A DNA stretch of 64,000 bases from Corallococcus sp. (GCA_023665205.1 JAMPEJ010000004.1:93112-157111), one strand, 5' to 3'; counted from the stretch's first letter, positions 52,227-62,254 are shown. Notes: generated by a model not told the origin, from the sequence alone. Numbers and translations: made by a program.

Positions 52227-53756
52227 TTACAAAGTTACACCTTCAACCGGAACAAGACGGACTACCCACCAAGTAGTGTCCATTACTTCCACAAATACAT
52301 CTGCACCGCTGTTAGTTATAACGTTGACGTTTTTGCATCCAATCGTAAAGTAGGTTGCACTACTGTCAGCCAAACAATATGTGTTGCTTCCCGTAGTAAT
52401 AACGATAACGCCGTCGGAGTTTATTGTGTAAACGCCTGCAGGTTTAGTTGTAGTTATTTCAGTAGTACCGCTGCCGGCTTTATCAGTTCTTTCGTGGAAA
52501 GAAATATAGTTCTTTGTCTCGCCGCTCATAAAGTACAGATAGAATCCGCCTTCACCGTTTTCAATCAGAATGTCAACCGATGATGCAAGATCATTGGTAG
52601 AATCCAGATAATAACTGTTTTTGATTTCACCCTTGATATATTGAACGGATTGTTTTCCGCCGTGATAGAACGCAAGCTTATAGGAAGTGCCTTCAACAGG
52701 GTTTGTAATTACCGCTTGTCTGAACTTAGCACCATTGTCATCCAGAGTTTTTCCACCGTATTGGTTGTAATCGCCGTCGCCGATCAATCTTACAACGCAT
52801 TGACTACCGTCAACGTTTGCAGCGTTGCTACCCGTAAGGTAGTAGGAACTGCTAGAAGACATCGTCGTATAACTGCTTTGACCGCCAAGATAGAAATCGT
52901 TATCTCCCAAGTCGCCGCAAACAACCGTCGTTTTAAGCGCTCCGTTGAGAGAAGCATCCAACGAGAAAACGGTTGTGGGAGTAGTAGTGATACTGCAATC
53001 TGCATACGGAGTCGCTTTACCCGTGCTGCTTGTACCTGCTCTACCGGTAAACGTCAAATACTTGGTCGTTCCGCCGTCGTCAAAGGAAATATAGAATCCG
53101 CCTGCAGCTTCTACCAATTTAACTTTTTTGGAATTGGAAAGAGTATCGCTCGTATCAAAATACTTGCTGTCTTTCATTGCACCCGTAAAGTAGTACACGT
53201 AGTTTTGAGCGCCGTTGTACATGCTCAAATTGTATTCCGTATTCATTGCGGGGGATGTAACAACGTCGGGCAAGTAATGTTGAAGCAAAGCGTTGTCTCC
53301 GCCGAGTTGAGAAACCGTGCGGTTGAATTTTACTTGATATACGGCGTCTTCGTCGCCGTTGTAACCTTTGTACGGTTCGTCTTTATCGTTGACAAGAGTT
53401 CCAACCAAAGTGTAAGCAACGGTTTCCGTAAGAGTGGATTGATCGGGAACGTTTACTGTGTAGTTTCCGTTGCTGTCCTTGTCCTTGCTTACGGTAACTT
53501 TATCGGAACCTTCGATAGTCCACAAAACGTTACATTTGATTTCTTTGCCGTCGGAATCGAAACTCGTTACGGTTCCCATAACTTTGTAGCTTTTGGCTTG
53601 TTCTGTAGCGTCTTCTCTGTACTGGTTGTACAAAACCGAACGCAAACTTTTAAGGTTCTCGTCGTTTAATTCACTGCCGCCACATGCTGCGAAGACGGAA
53701 AGCAAACCGACTGCCAAAATCGCGATACAACAAATGATTGCAATTTTCTTTTTCAT
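52227..53756 (-). CDS. Lipoprotein of unknown function with an internal duplication
   Basis: Lipobox signal MKKKIAIICCIAILAVGLLSVFAAC. I recognise no family motif. Two similar modules centre on GGFYISFDDGGTTKYLTF and GGFYLYFMSGETKNYISF. Confidence 0.6.
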   Translation of the reverse strand: MKKKIAIICCIAILAVGLLSVFAACGGSELNDENLKSLRSVLYNQYREDATEQAKSYKVMGTVTSFDSDGKEIKCNVLWTIEGSDKVTVSKDKDSNGNYTVNVPDQSTLTETVAYTLVGTLVNDKDEPYKGYNGDEDAVYQVKFNRTVSQLGGDNALLQHYLPDVVTSPAMNTEYNLSMYNGAQNYVYYFTGAMKDSKYFDTSDTLSNSKKVKLVEAAGGFYISFDDGGTTKYLTFTGRAGTSSTGKATPYADCSITTTPTTVFSLDASLNGALKTTVVCGDLGDNDFYLGGQSSYTTMSSSSSYYLTGSNAANVDGSQCVVRLIGDGDYNQYGGKTLDDNGAKFRQAVITNPVEGTSYKLAFYHGGKQSVQYIKGEIKNSYYLDSTNDLASSVDILIENGEGGFYLYFMSGETKNYISFHERTDKAGSGTTEITTTKPAGVYTINSDGVIVITTGSNTYCLADSSATYFTIGCKNVNVITNSGADVFVEVMDTTWWVVRLVPVEGVTL

Positions 53757-53860
53757 TTTTTTCTCCTTTTATTTTTTGTTGGGAAACAATAGTTACCAAA
53801 TTTAGTTTCAGGCAAGGTAAGCCCGTTTTCAAACGCCCTTACGATTTAACAATGTGCAAC

Positions 53861-55417
53861 TTAGTCAACAAACTCTATTTGCGAAAGGCTGAACACGTTT
53901 ATTTGATAGGGGCTGGTGCCGTATTGCTCATTACTGTCGCTGTTGTAATAACCGATTACGCCCTTGACGTTGAAAGTTTTGCCAACAAAGTAATCTGCTA
54001 AAACAACTCCCTCGGGCAAATCCGAAGAACTTGACGGTGCAGGCGCAATGTACTGCAAAGGTACGTTAAACGCGCCGGTGGGATCTTTCAAAACGCCGGT
54101 ACGAATAACAATTTCTTTGGTAGAACCTTCTTGCGTACAGGTGATAGAAATTGCTCCGCGCGACGAACTGGAAAGCGCCGTGGTTGTGTAAACAGACTTA
54201 ACGACCAAATTTTTCATATATACGGACGTTGCTTGAGTCAAAGCAGCAAGGTCTTTTGTTACGTCTTGATCCTCAACGTCGTCTTTACCGAGTATGGTAA
54301 CGGTTTTTTCATTGTAAAACTCTTCTACCGTCAGTTCCGTCCAACGGGGGTCGAAATGTTTTTCTTCGTCGCCCGGTACATAAGTGGTATTGTTTGGGTC
54401 GTCGGGATACAATTCGCGATAAGACAGACCGGACACTTGATAAGTTCCGTTGAATTCGGACACGTTTCCGACTATACGCACGTGGTGCCCCACCATCAAA
54501 ATGTCGCGCAATGCGCCGTTTTTGGTGAAGCCGTAGTAAGCGTACATACCGTAGCAGATTTCATCGTTTTCATCGTAATCTTCAACGTAAACGCCGTTGT
54601 TGTTGTCCAAAACTACTATTCCGTCAAAAGCAACCTTCAAACCGTTGTACTCCTCAACGTTGCAACGAAGTTCTTTCAGCGTTACGGGGATAGCGTCGCC
54701 GTAATAGAAAGTGTCGTCGGGAACGTCGTCGTCATGAACGCGGTATTTCAGACGTTGCGCCTGTCTTATTGCATTGCCGCAAATTTCTCCGTAGCAGTTG
54801 CCTTCGGCGTTGGACGCAATGCCCAAGCCTTCTTGCAACAGTTCAAGATTGAGGTTGCGATAATCGCTTGTGGAACTTGTTCTGTACCAAATCCACACGG
54901 TGTAACGCGTACTTGTAGAGTCCTTGTTCCAGTTGCCGTCGCCCGATTCCAAAATAATTTCCGATGCGGAAGAAAGTTTAGATTTGGTGAAGTTAGAAGC
55001 GACCTTTCCGTAAGGTTCCACTTGTCCTGTGGACTCGGGAGTGTTAACTGCAAGGTAACGCGCTTTAAGCACGCCTGTCGGATCTACGCTCGTAGGAACG
55101 TTGAAGTGCGTCGTATCGCCGTCTACGTAATTTTTGACAGTTGCCGTCGTCCAGTTTCTGCCGGAATTTGTATTGAGTTTCAATTCGGAAACGTAGTCTA
55201 CAAAGTCGTCTGCTGTGGCTTCGTCGTACACGCACACGCCGTTATGCCAAGTGTGAGTGCCCGTCAATTCGCATTTGTCTTTACCGCAAACCGTGCATAC
55301 GCCGTTTTTATCGTAGACGTGTCCGTTCTTGTCGCACTCGCTTGCGCAGGCAAACAGGCAAGTGATTGCCAGACTGAGAACGAGCATTAAACCTAGGATT
55401 CTAATGGTTTTCTTCAT
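53861..55417 (-). CDS. Surface lipoprotein with a staphylococcal-nuclease (SNase/thermonuclease) domain
   Basis: Lipobox signal MKKTIRILGLMLVLSLAITCLFAC. The SNase core is VDGDTTHFNV...LKARYLAVNTPES...YGKVASNF...LNLELLQEGLG. A Cys-rich segment lies at the N-terminus, and the long C-terminal region has no assigned function. Confidence 0.7.
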   Translation of the reverse strand: MKKTIRILGLMLVLSLAITCLFACASECDKNGHVYDKNGVCTVCGKDKCELTGTHTWHNGVCVYDEATADDFVDYVSELKLNTNSGRNWTTATVKNYVDGDTTHFNVPTSVDPTGVLKARYLAVNTPESTGQVEPYGKVASNFTKSKLSSASEIILESGDGNWNKDSTSTRYTVWIWYRTSSTSDYRNLNLELLQEGLGIASNAEGNCYGEICGNAIRQAQRLKYRVHDDDVPDDTFYYGDAIPVTLKELRCNVEEYNGLKVAFDGIVVLDNNNGVYVEDYDENDEICYGMYAYYGFTKNGALRDILMVGHHVRIVGNVSEFNGTYQVSGLSYRELYPDDPNNTTYVPGDEEKHFDPRWTELTVEEFYNEKTVTILGKDDVEDQDVTKDLAALTQATSVYMKNLVVKSVYTTTALSSSSRGAISITCTQEGSTKEIVIRTGVLKDPTGAFNVPLQYIAPAPSSSSDLPEGVVLADYFVGKTFNVKGVIGYYNSDSNEQYGTSPYQINVFSLSQIEFVD

Positions 55418-55454
55418 AGTTTACCGTCCTTTTTTATTGGGTCAAACAGCATTT

Positions 55455-56975
55455 TTAACCGCTGTATTCGCATTCGTTGATTGCGTTTACAAAGGCAGTC
55501 CTAATAATCGAGTCGGCATCGGTACCCTTATTGCTGATGCAAGCAACCAACAATTGTCCTACTTGATCGCGCGCGGTAGAAGAACCGGGGAACGCTGGAG
55601 AAGTAAAGAAAGATTTGTAGTTGTTGCCTTCGGCAAGTCCCAAGCAAACTTTTTGAGACAAATAGGAAATTCTGTCCGTACCGTTAGCCTGTTCCATATT
55701 CTTTATGTACAGTTTAACTGCGGGAATTTCATCTGCCAAAGTGGGATCGGACAAAGACTTGATCGGGGGTACGTATCCGCCGATGTTGGTAAATTCGAAT
55801 TGGAACGCATGGCTTGTAAGCAAGTATTTGAGGAACAGCCAACTTGCCACAACTTCTTGCGGGTTAGATCTGTTGAAAAGACATACGTTCGGTCCTTGCG
55901 AAATAGCCGTAGCATTGTCAACGTCCATTTGGGGAATAGTCGTGATACCTACTTCAAACGGATAAGTTCCCGTGTTGGCATCCTTATCGGGGCATTGATT
56001 GCCTGCGCCGGCGGAGGAACCGATCGTCATGTAACTTCTTGTGCTGGCGTTGTTACCTTTGAACAAGTTGCTGGTGTAACCGCTGGTCGAACCGGAGTTA
56101 TACAGAGTACCTGTCGTAAAGTAACCGCTATTGTACCATCTGCGCAGAGTCTTCATCAATTTTTGCGCGTCGGGCGTATTAAATTGATAGTGATTGCCTT
56201 TAAGCGCCGTATAAGAAATACCCGCTTGCTGACAAAGAGTGATAAACCAGTTGGATTCGCTGTCATAACCGAAAGGCGTGCAACTGGAATCCAATTCTTT
56301 AAGTTTAGCGCATACGTATTCTACACTGGTGGTATCGCTGGAAGCCAAGCCTTCTTTACCGTCGCTTGCAAACCAGTGATCGGGAACTTGCAAGCCGTCA
56401 CTCGCGTGCGCCTCGAAAAAGTCTCTGTTAAAGTACAACACTTCGGTGGATTTTGCAAACGGCAACGTGTACATTTTGCCGTCTTCAAATTGTTTACCTT
56501 CTTCCCAGAACGTTTCGACAAAGTCGTCTTTTTGCGCTTGCGTAAAGCCCAAAGGAGACTTGTTGCCCAAAGCGTCGGTAATTTCGATCGTGCTGTCAAT
56601 CAAACTGTCAAGAGCAACGACTTTTTTGGTTTGGTTGTACAAAGCAACGTGATCGGGATAGCAATAGGCCATATTGGGATAATCGTCGCCGGTCAATTCG
56701 GTTTTGATTTGGTTACGTACGTCGTCGTAACCGCCGATTGCTTTTTGGTCGACAGTAATATTTGGATACAACTTGTTGAATTCTTTGATATGGTTATCCA
56801 AAGTTGTCCTGTATTCCTGTCCCATGATGTGATAGAACTTGATTGTTACTTTGCTTCCGTCGTAACCGTTCGCGGGAACTTCGAATTCGGACAAGTTATT
56901 TCCGCATCCTGCGAAAATTGCGCCCAACGATACGACCAATGCAAGCGTCAATACAAGTGCAATTAGTTTTTTCAT
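55455..56975 (-). CDS. ABC transporter extracellular solute-binding lipoprotein (family 1)
   Basis: Lipobox signal MKKLIALVLTLALVVSLGAIFAGC. 506 aa with MalE-like composition, located in an ABC operon. Confidence 0.75.
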   Translation of the reverse strand: MKKLIALVLTLALVVSLGAIFAGCGNNLSEFEVPANGYDGSKVTIKFYHIMGQEYRTTLDNHIKEFNKLYPNITVDQKAIGGYDDVRNQIKTELTGDDYPNMAYCYPDHVALYNQTKKVVALDSLIDSTIEITDALGNKSPLGFTQAQKDDFVETFWEEGKQFEDGKMYTLPFAKSTEVLYFNRDFFEAHASDGLQVPDHWFASDGKEGLASSDTTSVEYVCAKLKELDSSCTPFGYDSESNWFITLCQQAGISYTALKGNHYQFNTPDAQKLMKTLRRWYNSGYFTTGTLYNSGSTSGYTSNLFKGNNASTRSYMTIGSSAGAGNQCPDKDANTGTYPFEVGITTIPQMDVDNATAISQGPNVCLFNRSNPQEVVASWLFLKYLLTSHAFQFEFTNIGGYVPPIKSLSDPTLADEIPAVKLYIKNMEQANGTDRISYLSQKVCLGLAEGNNYKSFFTSPAFPGSSTARDQVGQLLVACISNKGTDADSIIRTAFVNAINECEYSG

Positions 56976-57039
56976 AGTTTTCCTCCATATTTGTTTTGCA
57001 ATAAAGTTTCTATTTTATTTGCCGAAGCAAACGTTATAT

Positions 57040-58170
57040 CTAACCTTTCAATCCGCTGCGGCTCACGCCTTTCATAATGTATTTACGCAAGAAGATAAAC
57101 ACCAAAAACAGCGGGAAGGACACCATTGCAACGGCCGCCATCTGCACCGGATAGTTGACTTGATCGGAGTTGATAGTGCCGTCCGCGTTGATAACGAAGA
57201 AAGATGTGCCGCGCAATCCGTTTGTAATAAGTTTGTGCGCATCGTCGTTAGCAACCAAACGGGGCCAAATGTAACTGTTCCACGAACCCATCATTTTGAG
57301 AATAGTTATCGATATAATGGTCGGCAGCGCCAACGGAATCATTACTTTCCACAAATATTTCAGGTCGCTTGTTCCGTCAACCTTGGCAGCGTAGTACAGT
57401 TCGTCCGGTATCTGCATAAAGTTTTGACGAAGCAGATAAACGTAAAACACGCTGACCAAAAAAGGAATGATAAGTGCCGTGTATGTTTCTTTCCATCCCA
57501 AAAACTGAGTGACGGTTCCGTAGTTAGTAATAGTAAACAATTCGCCGGGGATCATCATTGTGGCAAGCAATGCCGCAAACAATGCGTTCTTACCGCGGAA
57601 CTGCAACCTTGCAAAAGCAAACGCGGCAAGCACAGTGATAATCAAAGACAATACCGTAGAAACGATACCGACGAATACGGTGTTGACAAACAGCGTACCT
57701 AGGTTCGCCGTATTAAATGCCTGAGCGTAGTTGCTCCACATAATTTTGTGAGGGAAAAACGTCGGCGGAGTTTGCTGATATTCTTCCCAGGATTTCAAAG
57801 AAGAAATGATCATCCAATAAAACGGGAACAATACTCCGATAGCTACTGCAATAAGGAACGTATAAATAACTATAAGAACCAGTACTCTTACGACTTTTTG
57901 ACGTTTGGTTATCTTTTCGATATTACGTTCTTTCATCACGCCCTTGCCGAGAGCCTGAGTATCGCCCAATGATTCGGTAACAAGAGCGGGTTCAGCAACG
58001 GTTTCCGGAGCGACAACGTCCAAAGGAGAGGCCTCGGTATTTGTCACAACAGGCGCCGTTTCCGCAATCGCTTCTTCCACTACGGCAACTTCTTCAACAG
58101 TCGGGGTCAAGTTTTCTTCTGTGATAGGAGTTGCGTTTTTCTTACTTTTTCTTTCAGCCATTTTTCGCAC
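57040..58170 (-). CDS. ABC transporter permease (MalG-like) with an N-terminal low-complexity extension of about 95 aa
   Basis: It has the EAA loop YYAAKVDGTSDLKYLWKVMIPL. The first ~95 aa are rich in Glu, Val, Thr, Ala and Pro and contain no TM segment. Confidence 0.75.
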   Translation of the reverse strand: MRKMAERKSKKNATPITEENLTPTVEEVAVVEEAIAETAPVVTNTEASPLDVVAPETVAEPALVTESLGDTQALGKGVMKERNIEKITKRQKVVRVLVLIVIYTFLIAVAIGVLFPFYWMIISSLKSWEEYQQTPPTFFPHKIMWSNYAQAFNTANLGTLFVNTVFVGIVSTVLSLIITVLAAFAFARLQFRGKNALFAALLATMMIPGELFTITNYGTVTQFLGWKETYTALIIPFLVSVFYVYLLRQNFMQIPDELYYAAKVDGTSDLKYLWKVMIPLALPTIISITILKMMGSWNSYIWPRLVANDDAHKLITNGLRGTSFFVINADGTINSDQVNYPVQMAAVAMVSFPLFLVFIFLRKYIMKGVSRSGLKG

Positions 58171-58176
58171 CTCCTT

Positions 58177-59127
58177 CTAATAATGCACGCGCTTCTTGCT
58201 TACGTACATATTAAGCATAGTCACGACAAATATTATAACAAACAATATTAGTGCCGCAGCACTAGCCTTACCTTCGTGCGCGTTGGAATCCATAATGTTT
58301 TTGTTGATAAATCCAACCATTGTGTTGAGTTGTCCGGGAGAACCGGTAGGTCCCATATTATCGCCGAATACGCCTACGATACTGCTGTATTCCTTAAAGC
58401 CGCCGATAAAGCCTGTGATGATAACGTACGCAAGCATCGGGGACAGCATAGGAACGGTAATTCTCCAAAACGTACGCGCACGACTGGTGCCGTCGACTTT
58501 CGCAGCCTCGTAGTACTGTTTGTTGACGCTTTGCAATCCGCCAAGCAAAATCAAAATTTTGAAAGGAAGCGCGTTCCAGACTATGTACACTACCATAACG
58601 AACATATTGGCGCCCCAAGTAGAACCTTCGTTTACCCAGTTGACGGCTTTTCCGCCGAAAGCCTCGATAATGTTGTTGATAATACCCGACGTGGTGATTA
58701 TCGGATTGTCGGTAGTTAAACCGACGCCCACGATACTGAACATCGTAGAGAATACAAGTCCGATAGCAATTGTGTTTGTAACGTAGGGCAAGAAATAAAT
58801 CGTTTGAAGCAGTCTGTTTAGCGGTTTGATAGAATTTAAGCAAACAGCAATCAGCAACGCCAACAACGTGGAAATAGGAACGGTTACCACAGTCAGGAAC
58901 ATTGTATTGCCCAAACAAGTTAAAAACCCTTGATACTGGATAACTTTTGCAAAGTTATCCACGCCGAAGCTGAATGTCATTCCGCCGATTTCGTCCATCA
59001 ATTTGTAATCGTTAGAAAACGCCATACGCACGGTGTTTACTATCGGATAAACGGTAAACACCAACGTTAAAATGATGACGGGCGACAGATACAACCACGC
59101 TTTCCATTGTTTTTTTCCGTCTACCAT
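58177..59127 (-). CDS. ABC transporter permease (MalF-like)
   Basis: It has the EAA loop YYEAAKVDGTSRARTFWRITVPML and six hydrophobic segments. Confidence 0.8.
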   Translation of the reverse strand: MVDGKKQWKAWLYLSPVIILTLVFTVYPIVNTVRMAFSNDYKLMDEIGGMTFSFGVDNFAKVIQYQGFLTCLGNTMFLTVVTVPISTLLALLIAVCLNSIKPLNRLLQTIYFLPYVTNTIAIGLVFSTMFSIVGVGLTTDNPIITTSGIINNIIEAFGGKAVNWVNEGSTWGANMFVMVVYIVWNALPFKILILLGGLQSVNKQYYEAAKVDGTSRARTFWRITVPMLSPMLAYVIITGFIGGFKEYSSIVGVFGDNMGPTGSPGQLNTMVGFINKNIMDSNAHEGKASAAALILFVIIFVVTMLNMYVSKKRVHY

Positions 59128-59139
59128 TAAATCACCTCG

Positions 59140-60468
59140 TTATTTGTTTTTGCCGTCGTCTTGTTCGGAAGTTTCGACGGGTACAGATTCTTCCGCAGGT
59201 ACTTCCGCCGTTTCTTCCGCAGACTCTGCATTGTTTTTTGTTTTGTTCTTTTTGAACAAGCCCGTCATTTTTTGTTTGAATTTCTGCATTTTGGTAAGTT
59301 TAAGTTGGTCTTCGCCCTGTTCGGCAGAAATTTCCATGGGTGAAAGAGGAATAGGTTCGGGAGACGGAGTGCCGTCCAAATAGATTCGCATTCCCGTTTC
59401 CTTGTTGAATACGAACACCTTATGCGGTTTAAGCGAAAAAGCAACTTCCGTAGCCGTAGCGCTTATCTTGTTGTCGGCGTCCACTATCGCACGGATAATT
59501 GGGTTCTCCGACGCTTCGTTAGTACAAACGATAGAAACGTCGCGTCCCATAACTTCCAAATTGCGAAGCGCACAGTGCATTTCGCCCTTTTCGGGATTAT
59601 AGATAAATCCTTCGGGACGGATACCGACGTTGACTTCCTGATCTTCGATGCCTTTTGCAGGAAGTACGGCTTCTCCGTTTATGTACAGTTTGCCGCGCTT
59701 TATTTCACCGCTCAAAACGTTGATTGGCGGCGTACCCAAGAATTTAGCAACAAACAGGTTGATAGGGTTGTCGTAAACTTCCTGCGGTTGACCTATTTGC
59801 TGCACTACGCCCAATTTCATAACTACGATCATGTCGGAAATGGACATTGCTTCTTCTTGGTCGTGCGTAACGAAAACCGTTGTGATTTGCGTTTCGCGCT
59901 GAATACGTTTGATTTCCTCACGCGTTTGCAAACGCAAGCGTGCGTCCAAGTTGGAAAGAGGTTCGTCCAAAAGCAACACTCTGGGCATCTTTACCAATGC
60001 GCGGGCAATAGCAACACGTTGTTGCTGTCCGCCGGAAAGTTCGCTGGGTTTGCGATCCATCAGTTCGTCGATTTGCACCAACTTTGCAACGTTGTAGGCG
60101 CGTTCCAACATTTCCGTTTTGGTAAGTTTATCGGCCCCCTTAAAGTTTTGCAAAGGAAACAGTATGTTTTGCTTGACCGTCATATGCGGATACAAAGCGT
60201 AGTTTTGGAAAACCAAACCGACGCCTCTGTTTTCCGGAGAAAGTTCCGTAACGTCGTCGTCACCGAAAAAGATTTTTCCGCTCGTAGGCTTTTGCAAACC
60301 GCAGATCATGTAAAGCGTAGTGCTCTTTCCGCAACCGGAGGGACCAAGCAAACCGATCAGCTTGCCGTCGGGAATTTCAAAATTGAACTTATCTACCGCG
60401 ACGACTTCCCGTCCTTGTTTGTTTCTGCTGGGAAAGATTTTTGTTAAATCTTGCAAAACAACTTTCAT
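59140..60468 (-). CDS. ABC transporter ATP-binding protein (MalK/MsmX/UgpC-like) with a C-terminal low-complexity extension of about 75 aa
   Basis: It has Walker A GPSGCGKST, the signature LSGGQQQR, Walker B LLLDEPLS and a MalK-type regulatory domain. The tail is TPSPEPIPLSPMEISAEQGEDQ...AEETAEVPAEESVPVETSEQDDGKNK. Confidence 0.85.
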   Translation of the reverse strand: MKVVLQDLTKIFPSRNKQGREVVAVDKFNFEIPDGKLIGLLGPSGCGKSTTLYMICGLQKPTSGKIFFGDDDVTELSPENRGVGLVFQNYALYPHMTVKQNILFPLQNFKGADKLTKTEMLERAYNVAKLVQIDELMDRKPSELSGGQQQRVAIARALVKMPRVLLLDEPLSNLDARLRLQTREEIKRIQRETQITTVFVTHDQEEAMSISDMIVVMKLGVVQQIGQPQEVYDNPINLFVAKFLGTPPINVLSGEIKRGKLYINGEAVLPAKGIEDQEVNVGIRPEGFIYNPEKGEMHCALRNLEVMGRDVSIVCTNEASENPIIRAIVDADNKISATATEVAFSLKPHKVFVFNKETGMRIYLDGTPSPEPIPLSPMEISAEQGEDQLKLTKMQKFKQKMTGLFKKNKTKNNAESAEETAEVPAEESVPVETSEQDDGKNK

Positions 60469-60536
60469 AAGTTTTATCCGTCCTTGTTTAGTTTTTTGTA
60501 TTAAACGTCAAAGTGGAAACCACTTTCAATTCGATT

Positions 60537-61007
60537 TTAATCTTCTTTAAGAACTGCAACCAACACTACGTTTGCAGCCTGAGCTACCATTCCTATGTAA
60601 GCAAAAATATAGGATATGATCATTGTAGCTTTGCTTGCAGCAAGAGCGCCTTCGCCTTTCAGTCCTTCGTTGATAAATCCTTCGATTTTTCCGACAAAAT
60701 ACTCGGTGTTGTGAAAGCAGTGCAAAAAGATAACAAATCCGACGGAAAGGGCCAAACCGATACCTCTCATAACGTACATCACAACGGGTTTTTCCAAAAA
60801 GTTATTGGAAAAAAAGAAGCAAATCGCACCGCCGAAAGAAAGCAACGTTGCAATTATCAGCCAAACGGAAGTGTTACCAAACGACAAATCGGACATTATC
60901 ATATACAGCACGCCCGCCAAAAACATAGAAATTACGCCTATTAAAAACGTAATCAATTTAGACAAGCTTTTCGCGGCTGCAACGTCTTTGAACACTTTTT
61001 TTGCCAT
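60537..61007 (-). CDS. Small multi-pass membrane protein, function unknown
   Basis: 156 aa with about 4 hydrophobic segments. I recognise no motif. Confidence 0.45.
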   Translation of the reverse strand: MAKKVFKDVAAAKSLSKLITFLIGVISMFLAGVLYMIMSDLSFGNTSVWLIIATLLSFGGAICFFFSNNFLEKPVVMYVMRGIGLALSVGFVIFLHCFHNTEYFVGKIEGFINEGLKGEGALAASKATMIISYIFAYIGMVAQAANVVLVAVLKED

Positions 61008-61047
61008 CTTCTGTCCTCCGTATCAGAAAAAGTTTCTTCAATACAAA

Positions 61048-61815
61048 TCAATAATCGGTCTTCTTGGTTTCCTCTTGGTGGAGTTCTTCCTTGTAGGCTA
61101 CCATTTCTTCCGCGTTGTTGAACACCATTTGCGTTTGCATATCCACCACTACGGTATTTGCCAATACGTCGTGAATACACGCGTTTGTTTTGGTGGCGAT
61201 AAGTATAACGATTTGCATGAGCAACAGTAATCCTACGACTACCAATCCTACTATGCCCATAACGTTATAGTAAAACACCATCAACAATAACATTGCAGGA
61301 GCCATCAACTCGATCGTATACTTGCCCAAAATTGCTCTTACAAACAACGCAAAGGTCGATATTCTTACGCTGTTTTTGAACACCACTCCCAAATTGAAAA
61401 CCTTTTTACCCACGGTCTTGCCGTTTTTCAAACAAAGCGGAATTACAAATTCAAATACTACGACGGGGATAAGTATACTGATCGTTATAATAAGCAACGG
61501 CAGCGAGCGCGTCATGCTGTACGCTTTGCGCGCATCTTCGTGTTCGCGGAAAATGCTTTGAAAAACCTCGTCGTATCTTTCCTGTTCTTCTTTGGAAAGT
61601 TTGCTGAATTCCTCTTCGGATATTGCAAAATCTACGTCATTTTTTTCGCCGTATTCTTTGTAATATCCCTGCAGAGTATCGGAATATCCTCCGATTCCCG
61701 TAATCAACGCCATAAGATACATAACGCCGACAGCCAAAATAACGATCAAAAAAAAGTCTAGCAAACCGGCAGAAACTCTTTTTAATAAACTCGCTTTTTG
61801 AATATCGTATATCAT
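61048..61815 (-). CDS. RDD-family membrane protein
   Basis: The N-terminus ASLLKRVSAGLLDFFLIVILAV is followed by later TM segments, matching the RDD-domain pattern. Confidence 0.5.
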   Translation of the reverse strand: MIYDIQKASLLKRVSAGLLDFFLIVILAVGVMYLMALITGIGGYSDTLQGYYKEYGEKNDVDFAISEEEFSKLSKEEQERYDEVFQSIFREHEDARKAYSMTRSLPLLIITISILIPVVVFEFVIPLCLKNGKTVGKKVFNLGVVFKNSVRISTFALFVRAILGKYTIELMAPAMLLLMVFYYNVMGIVGLVVVGLLLLMQIVILIATKTNACIHDVLANTVVVDMQTQMVFNNAEEMVAYKEELHQEETKKTDY

Positions 61816-62254
61816 CTTCTACCCTTTTGCTGATCCTCGGCTTTTCTTTCGCCGCGACGTTTCCAAACGACTTGCCGCGACCGCATTCTCGTGCGTAAAC
61901 TTTAACAAAAAAGCGCAAACAAACACTAAAATCCGTTTGAATTACGCTCCATTTCAAAAATACTTTCAACGGGCAAATCGGTGCACAAAGCGTTTTGCGC
62001 ACAAAATACCGCATAGTTTTGTGAGAAAAAAACTTTGTTCATGTCGTCATGCTCCTTTTAGATAAAATTTACCGAAAGGCATTCTGCCACGCGTTCTATT
62101 ATACCATGTGCAAAATAAAAAATCAATACCTTTTCTCAAATATTTATCGACAGTATTTTTACTTTTATTCGACACGGTTCGACAGCTCGTTTCAGCCTGC
62201 AAAAGTAACCGATCTACTACAAAAATTTATCATAGAATTACGTCGTCATACCAC

